22,072 nt of DNA, from positions 1 to 22,072 of the forward strand of contig JBDHKN010000086.1 of NCBI GenBank assembly GCA_039586365.1, given 5' to 3'. Every line of letters starts with the position of its first letter. Position 1 is the first letter of the stretch. The notes beneath the pieces are model-generated. The model made no database searches and was not told the origin of the DNA. It saw only the letters and a program-made list of their open reading frames with translations. The translations under genes were made by a program, and so were the position numbers. Below are positions 16,919 to 22,072 of this stretch, one piece after another. The stretch comes from Gemmatimonadota bacterium (GTDB lineage Bacteria > Gemmatimonadota > Gemmatimonadetes > Gemmatimonadales > GWC2-71-9).

Positions 16919-18259
16919 CTATTGAGACATGATCAGGTACAGCTTCTCCTGACGCGGAATGAAGTACTTCAGGCCGTCCGGCGTCGCGTAGACCGATTCC
17001 TCCGTTCCGAAGGACAGCCTTTGGTTGTTCCACTCGGGAACCTCGGTTGTAGCCGACGACTCGAGGGCATAATACGCGCCGTCACGGACCGGGAACCTTG
17101 CCCGGTCGCTGTACCGGTCGGGCCAGTCAGAACTGAACCAGGACCCAACGCCGTGTCCGAAGGCGTCAACCGAGTGCGATGCCACGCGGGCCTCCACACC
17201 CTGGCTCTCGCAGAGGGTTTCGGCCTCTGCCTTCACCACGTACCCGGGCACGCCCGGCCGCGCGACCTCCGCTACCGCGTCCTGCACCTTGAGCGCATTG
17301 CCGAGTGCCGCTTGCAGGCCCGCCGGTGCGGCAGTCTCGCCCGGTTTCAGCACGTAGCCGGCCCTCTGGTAGTCGGTATACAGGCCCGCGTAGACGATGC
17401 CGATGTCGGTTTTCAAGAGGTCACCGGGCTGGATCACGGTGGAATCTCCACTAACCCGCTCTCCTTGCCGAATGACCGATAATCCCACCGGGAACCATGT
17501 CACTACTCTCAGTTCCATCATCCGGTCGTAAAGGTACCACTTGAGTTCGTCAACCGTCGTCACCCCCGGTAGGATGAGCCGATCGCTCAGGACTTCCTCG
17601 TGGAGCATCTGGGTAATCGCTGCCGCTTCCTCCAACAGCGCGAACTCTTCGGGTAGACGGGTATCGAGGAAGTCGACGCTGAGTTGCTCGGCAGAGACGA
17701 TTCGGCGGGCGTACTCGGGGCCGATCGCATCTACGAGGTGTTTCTTCATTTCGACCGTCAGCCCGTCGCTCGTCCCGATGGTGCGCGACTGGTTGACACC
17801 AATCCTCGTCGGCTGGAGTTCGTGGACGATCCGCCGGAGCGCCGGCTGGAGTGACGGACCTTCCTCTCCGTAATCCGACGGATAGCCCAGTACCTGGTCG
17901 AAGACCCGGGTCTCCCTCGGCAAGTGCGTACCGATCACGATGCGCCGCAAGCGCTCAGAGCCATCGTCGAAGAAGATGAACGCGTTTCGGTGGCCACCTT
18001 CGCCGTTCTCATCCCTTATGTATTCCAGTACGGGGTCGATGAAGCCTTCCCGCGACATCATGATCCAGCAGTCAATGCCGGCGCTGCGCATTGCCGGTAA
18101 CATCAGGCGGTCGACCCGCTTGACGTTGAGATCAAAGAACGTCTCAGCCTGCTCCCTCAGTGACATCACGTGAACGGCTGGCTCGTCCGCAGAAGGTGCC
18201 GCACACGACGCAGCAACCAGGCAAGTCAGCAGAACGCTGGAACGCGTCAGGCTACACAT
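16919..18259 (-). CDS. M24-family metallopeptidase (Xaa-Pro aminopeptidase-like), lipoprotein
   Basis: GGAGGA RBS; VAASC lipobox; ligand motifs KTDIG, YTDYQR, SHSVDAFGHG, ALESS, TEES. Confidence 0.9.
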   Translation of the reverse strand: MCSLTRSSVLLTCLVAASCAAPSADEPAVHVMSLREQAETFFDLNVKRVDRLMLPAMRSAGIDCWIMMSREGFIDPVLEYIRDENGEGGHRNAFIFFDDGSERLRRIVIGTHLPRETRVFDQVLGYPSDYGEEGPSLQPALRRIVHELQPTRIGVNQSRTIGTSDGLTVEMKKHLVDAIGPEYARRIVSAEQLSVDFLDTRLPEEFALLEEAAAITQMLHEEVLSDRLILPGVTTVDELKWYLYDRMMELRVVTWFPVGLSVIRQGERVSGDSTVIQPGDLLKTDIGIVYAGLYTDYQRAGYVLKPGETAAPAGLQAALGNALKVQDAVAEVARPGVPGYVVKAEAETLCESQGVEARVASHSVDAFGHGVGSWFSSDWPDRYSDRARFPVRDGAYYALESSATTEVPEWNNQRLSFGTEESVYATPDGLKYFIPRQEKLYLIMSQ

Positions 18260-18358
18260 CTGTCTTCCTCCTTGGCCTTGTTCAGACCGGTGAGAGGCTT
18301 GGACGTCCCTCACCTCCTGGAGCACCCTGGCGGTATGCGCTGGCGGTCGTCATGGCCC

Positions 18359-18629
18359 GGCGCGCCGCCGGACGAGTGTCCTCAGTGATGAGTCTCCAGC
18401 CCTCACCGGCGTCGTCCGAGCGGTAGATGTTGGTGGGCCGGCCGGTGGCCACCGTCGCATAGATGCGGTTCGGGTCGGTGGGCGCGACTGCGAGGTCTGC
18501 CTGTGTCACAGCGGGAAGGCCTACAGTGAGCTCGGTCCACGTTGTGCCTCCGTCGGTCGATTTGAAGATGCCACCGTTGGTGCCACCCCATGCAGCATTC
18601 TCCCACGGCCCCTCACGAGCCTCCCACAT
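18359..18629 (-). pseudogene. Internal fragment of a BNR/Asp-box (VPS10-like) beta-propeller protein
   Basis: 'GGIFKSTDGGTTW', 'DPNRIYA', 'IYRSDDAGEGW' Asp-boxes over ~90 aa, with unrelated flanks. Confidence 0.8.
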
Positions 18630-19017
18630 CGTCATTTCCACCGGCAGCGATGCAGGCCGTTCGTCAGGGGGGCTGCGTGTGGATGCCCCATTGAGGCATG
18701 AAGCCCGCGTCGATCGTCGAGAGGATCTCCCAATGACCCCGTGATTCTGCCGACAGGGAGGGTCCACGGGAATGTCAGACTGGACCCAGCAAAGCGTGTG
18801 GAATAGGCATTCAATCGCCTCGCTCCAAGTATGGAGTCGTGTTTTCAGAGTGTCTAGCCCCTCTGATGAGGTCCCTCGACCGGTCCTGCTGGGTAGCTCG
18901 GAGCGGTCTCAGACGGTTGGTAGCAAGTCCCCGCCTCAGATCCCGGTAGCCAAACGATCCTCCAGCGGCTATGGTTGCTTCCGCCAGTTTGTTCTTTCCT
19001 CCCAATTGAGGTGACCA

Positions 19018-20487
19018 ATGGACCCTTCCTCCATTTCCCCGCGTCTTTCCCTGAGCCTCCAAGGGTATCGGGAAGTCGCCCAACCCAGGATCGGATTTGG
19101 CAGAAGCCGCCTTTTGCCGGCGCTCCATGGGGCTCTCTTGGTCCTTCTGATAGTGGCCCCCGCTACTGCCCAAATGCCGGCCCGGGTTCCCGAAGCAGCT
19201 CCTCCCCGAATCCATCCGCTTCCTCCCCTACGACAGCAGGCCGCCACGCAGCACGCATGGACCGAGAAGCGGCTCACTGAGGTCCTCCCCGCTCTCATGC
19301 GGGAGTACGGGGCTAAGATGTGGATCGTCACCATGCGGGAGTACGCCGAGGATCCCGTGTTCTGGTCCATAAAATCTCCTACGACCTTTGCTGCCCGCCG
19401 ACGAACAACCTTTGTCTTCTATGACCGGGGCCCTGGAGAGGGTGTCGAGCGTTTGGCATTGGGAGGAGGGAACCAGGGGGGATTGTTCGAGGTCTATCGT
19501 TCCACCCGTCCCCCGTCTCCCGCCGATTCTGCCAAGCTCTTCAGGAACGAGCAGTGGCGCCTCCTCCGGGAGGTTGTGGAGGAGCGGGACCCAGAGAACA
19601 TCGTACTCAATATCGATCCTGACTGGGCCTTCGCTGATGGGCTTCACTCGGGCGAGCGTGAAGCTCTGGAGCGGGCAATTGGACCCAAGTATGTGGCGAG
19701 AGTCAAGCGCGCTCCGCTCCTGGCGGTGGACTACATCTCTATCCGGATTCCGGAGATGATGCCCCGTTATCGGAAGATGGAGGAGACCGTGCACGCCATC
19801 ATCTCTCAGGCCTTCTCCAACGCTGTCATCACGCCGGGTGTCACCACCACTGAGGACGTGGTGTGGTGGATGCGGGAAAAGGTTCAGGAGCTGGGTATGA
19901 CGACCTGGTTCCAGCCGTCCGTGAGTGTCCAGCGTGCCGGGGGTTCCCCGCGTCGCGGGGAGCCGGTGGTGATCCAGTATGGGGACGTGCTCCATACCGA
20001 TTTCGGCGTGGTGGCCCTCGGCCTCCACACGGACACCCAGCATATGGGATACGTCCTGCGGCCCGACGAGGATGAGGTTCCCGAGGGTATCAAGTTGTGC
20101 TTGAGGAACTCGAACCGTCTGCAGGACATCCAGCTGGAAGAGATGCAACCGGGCCGGACGGGCAACCAGGCCCTGGCAGCCGCTCTCTCTCGAATGCGTG
20201 CCGAAGGAATTGACGGCAGGCTGTACAGCCACCCCATTGGGGACCACGGCCATGGGGCAGGGCCCCTTATCGGCATGACAGACTTCCAGGATGGAGTGCC
20301 GGTAAGAGGGGAGTCCCTGATCCGCCCCTCCGTGTGGCATTCGATCGAGCTGTCGGCAACGACGCCAGCCCCGGAGTGGGGTGGCCAGGCGGTGAGGTGC
20401 GCACAGGAGGAGGACGCGTACCTCGAAGAGAACGGTGACCGCCACTGGGTGTACCGCAGGCAGGCGCAGTTTCACTTGGTGTGGTAG
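19018..20487 (+). CDS. M24-family metallopeptidase (Xaa-Pro aminopeptidase-like), exported
   Basis: Signal-like LLVLLIVAPATAQ; HTDFG, HTDTQH, SHPIGDHGHGAG, SIEL, QEED; true start uncertain and possibly downstream. Confidence 0.9.
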   Translation: MDPSSISPRLSLSLQGYREVAQPRIGFGRSRLLPALHGALLVLLIVAPATAQMPARVPEAAPPRIHPLPPLRQQAATQHAWTEKRLTEVLPALMREYGAKMWIVTMREYAEDPVFWSIKSPTTFAARRRTTFVFYDRGPGEGVERLALGGGNQGGLFEVYRSTRPPSPADSAKLFRNEQWRLLREVVEERDPENIVLNIDPDWAFADGLHSGEREALERAIGPKYVARVKRAPLLAVDYISIRIPEMMPRYRKMEETVHAIISQAFSNAVITPGVTTTEDVVWWMREKVQELGMTTWFQPSVSVQRAGGSPRRGEPVVIQYGDVLHTDFGVVALGLHTDTQHMGYVLRPDEDEVPEGIKLCLRNSNRLQDIQLEEMQPGRTGNQALAAALSRMRAEGIDGRLYSHPIGDHGHGAGPLIGMTDFQDGVPVRGESLIRPSVWHSIELSATTPAPEWGGQAVRCAQEEDAYLEENGDRHWVYRRQAQFHLVW

Positions 20488-20823
20488 GGGCTCGGGCGCC
20501 TTGTGAGATCTGTTGGTCAGCCTCCAGGGAGCTGAGATCGCCGGAACGGTTCAACCGCCGTGACTCGATCGGTAGAACACTTCCTGCAGGAGTACGACCG
20601 CTGCTTCAGACGTCAGGCCACCGGCCCGTCCGCTCGAGATCCTCGGCAGCGGCCGAGGAGTCGAGGGCGTAGCAACTGCCGAAAGGTCCGGCTGCCAGCT
20701 TGCTAGAACCAATCGCCTGCGGCGAGAATGTGGTGCCCTCGTCATACGCCGGAGAAGCGCAAGCAAGTGCCCGACTGCTACGCTATTGAGCGTGAGCTGG
20801 CCTTGTTGTGGGGCGGCGGCTCC

Positions 20824-21804
20824 CTACACCTCCTCGCCCCCCACGCCACCTTCCTCCACTTCCTTCGGTGGCTTGAGCCCCGCCGCGCCGGCCAGACCCA
20901 TGATGCTGGGCAGATTTAGCGAGTCGGCCAATCCCGACGGCACCACCATCAGCGAGCCGCGCTTGACGATACTCTCGTACAACATGTTCATCGCCCTGAG
21001 GCTCATCGCGGTGGGATTCTCGCTGTAGCTCTCGGCTGCCTCGACGAACTTGGACGCGATCTGGGTCTCGGCGGTGCCGAGTATGATGCGTGCCTGACGC
21101 TCCCGCTCGGCTTGAGCCTGGCGCGACATCGCTTCTTCCAATGCCTTGGGGATGATCACGTCGCGGATCTCGACCGACTGCACTTGGATCCCCCAATCGT
21201 GCATCTTCCGGTCGAGTGTCTCCTGCAAGCCACGGCCCAGCTCCTTGCGGGATTGAATGAGCTCCGCCAGGTCGTGTTTGCCGATGGCGTCCCGCAATGC
21301 CGTCTGCGCAGCCAGCACCACCGCCTGCTGGTATTGCTGTACCTCCAGCGCGGCTTGTTCGGCGTCGTAGACGATCCAAAACGCGATCGCGTCCACGTTG
21401 ACCGGTACCGTGTCTTTGGTGAGACACGACTCCGCACCGAAGTCCGTGGTCCGGATGCGCTGGTCTATGTGGTACGCCACCCGGTCGACGATCGGTACGA
21501 CGAAGAACATGCCCGGCCCGCGAAGCCCCCGGTACTTCCCCATGCGGAGCACAACTGCCTTCTCCCATTGGTCCGCGAACTTGACGGACGAACCGAGGAA
21601 CACCGCGGCCGCCGCACCTACCAGAGCGGCGGCAGCCACCGGAGCGAACAGAAGTGTCGCGCCTCCCAGCGCCAAACCTCCCGCCATGCCAGCCGCCACT
21701 GCGGGAAGCGGATATCGGGTATCATCGGGTGAACTCTGCACCATTCTGGTCCCTCTTGGGCTCGTTAAGGTTAGCGTCGTGACCCGCTCCGGTAGCACGT
21801 TCAT
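20824..21804 (-). CDS. SPFH/band-7 (slipin/stomatin-like) protein
   Basis: 'QWEKAVVLRMG', 'LTKDTVPVNVDA', 'AQTALRDAIG', 'WGIQVQSVEIRDV', 'AMSRQAQAERERQAR'. Confidence 0.93.
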   Translation of the reverse strand: MNVLPERVTTLTLTSPRGTRMVQSSPDDTRYPLPAVAAGMAGGLALGGATLLFAPVAAAALVGAAAAVFLGSSVKFADQWEKAVVLRMGKYRGLRGPGMFFVVPIVDRVAYHIDQRIRTTDFGAESCLTKDTVPVNVDAIAFWIVYDAEQAALEVQQYQQAVVLAAQTALRDAIGKHDLAELIQSRKELGRGLQETLDRKMHDWGIQVQSVEIRDVIIPKALEEAMSRQAQAERERQARIILGTAETQIASKFVEAAESYSENPTAMSLRAMNMLYESIVKRGSLMVVPSGLADSLNLPSIMGLAGAAGLKPPKEVEEGGVGGEEV

Positions 21805-22072
21805 GGCTTGTTTCCCTCACGACCCTGATAGCGTTTAGTAGTCCGGATGTCGTCGAGTGTGTCCAATAGGTCGTCGATCGAGAACCCCAGCGCCTCGGTC
21901 CCTGCGACCGCCTCCAGCGCACATTGCTCGAACTCGCGCCGGCGCCTGCGGGCTTCCTCGTCAGGCACGTTCAGGCTGACATAGCTGCCCTGGCCCGGGC
22001 GGGTGGATACGACCCCGAGCCGCTCGAGTTGTTGGTACGCACGGTCGATGATCTTGGGGTTGATGCCCAGGT
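21801..22072 (-). CDS. GntR-family (YtrA-like) transcriptional regulator, 5' end outside the window
   Basis: Manual translation LGINPKIIDRAYQQLERLGVVSTRPGQGSYVS...ALGFSIDDLLDTL...GNKP*; ATGA overlap with the SPFH gene; absent from the ORF track. Confidence 0.9.
   Translation of the reverse strand, partial: LGINPKIIDRAYQQLERLGVVSTRPGQGSYVSLNVPDEEARRRRREFEQCALEAVAGTEALGFSIDDLLDTLDDIRTTKRYQGREGNKP

Noticed and set aside
19228..20475. 415-aa antisense ORF
   Set aside because: Shadow of the M24 gene on the opposite strand, typical of GC-rich codon bias; no motifs

Overview
GC-rich bacterial accessory region. The protein styles (Ser/Thr-kinase N-terminal stubs, TPR protein ending RPKG, plug-only TonB protein, many exported peptidases and lipoproteins) suggest Gemmatimonadota or a relative; this is inference. 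It holds an exported M20 peptidase, an RHH/PIN (vapBC-type) toxin-antitoxin pair with a probably truncated toxin, DUF2167, asnA, small Cys-motif proteins, a DUF374-like acyltransferase, an MBL-fold hydrolase, a plug-only TonB protein, two divergent M24 peptidases, an SPFH gene and a partial GntR regulator, plus several gene remnants. The most notable feature is at 8689-12276: three unrelated minus-strand genes are each preceded by a copy of the same ~130-150 nt non-coding element. Each copy has a hairpin with a U-rich tail, then a variable-number array of GACGCC units at 12/13-nt spacing, then a conserved ACGACGAGACC tail. Two of the genes also end in nearly the same terminator hairpin. This looks like a repeated cis-regulatory leader or expression cassette that I cannot assign to a known family.
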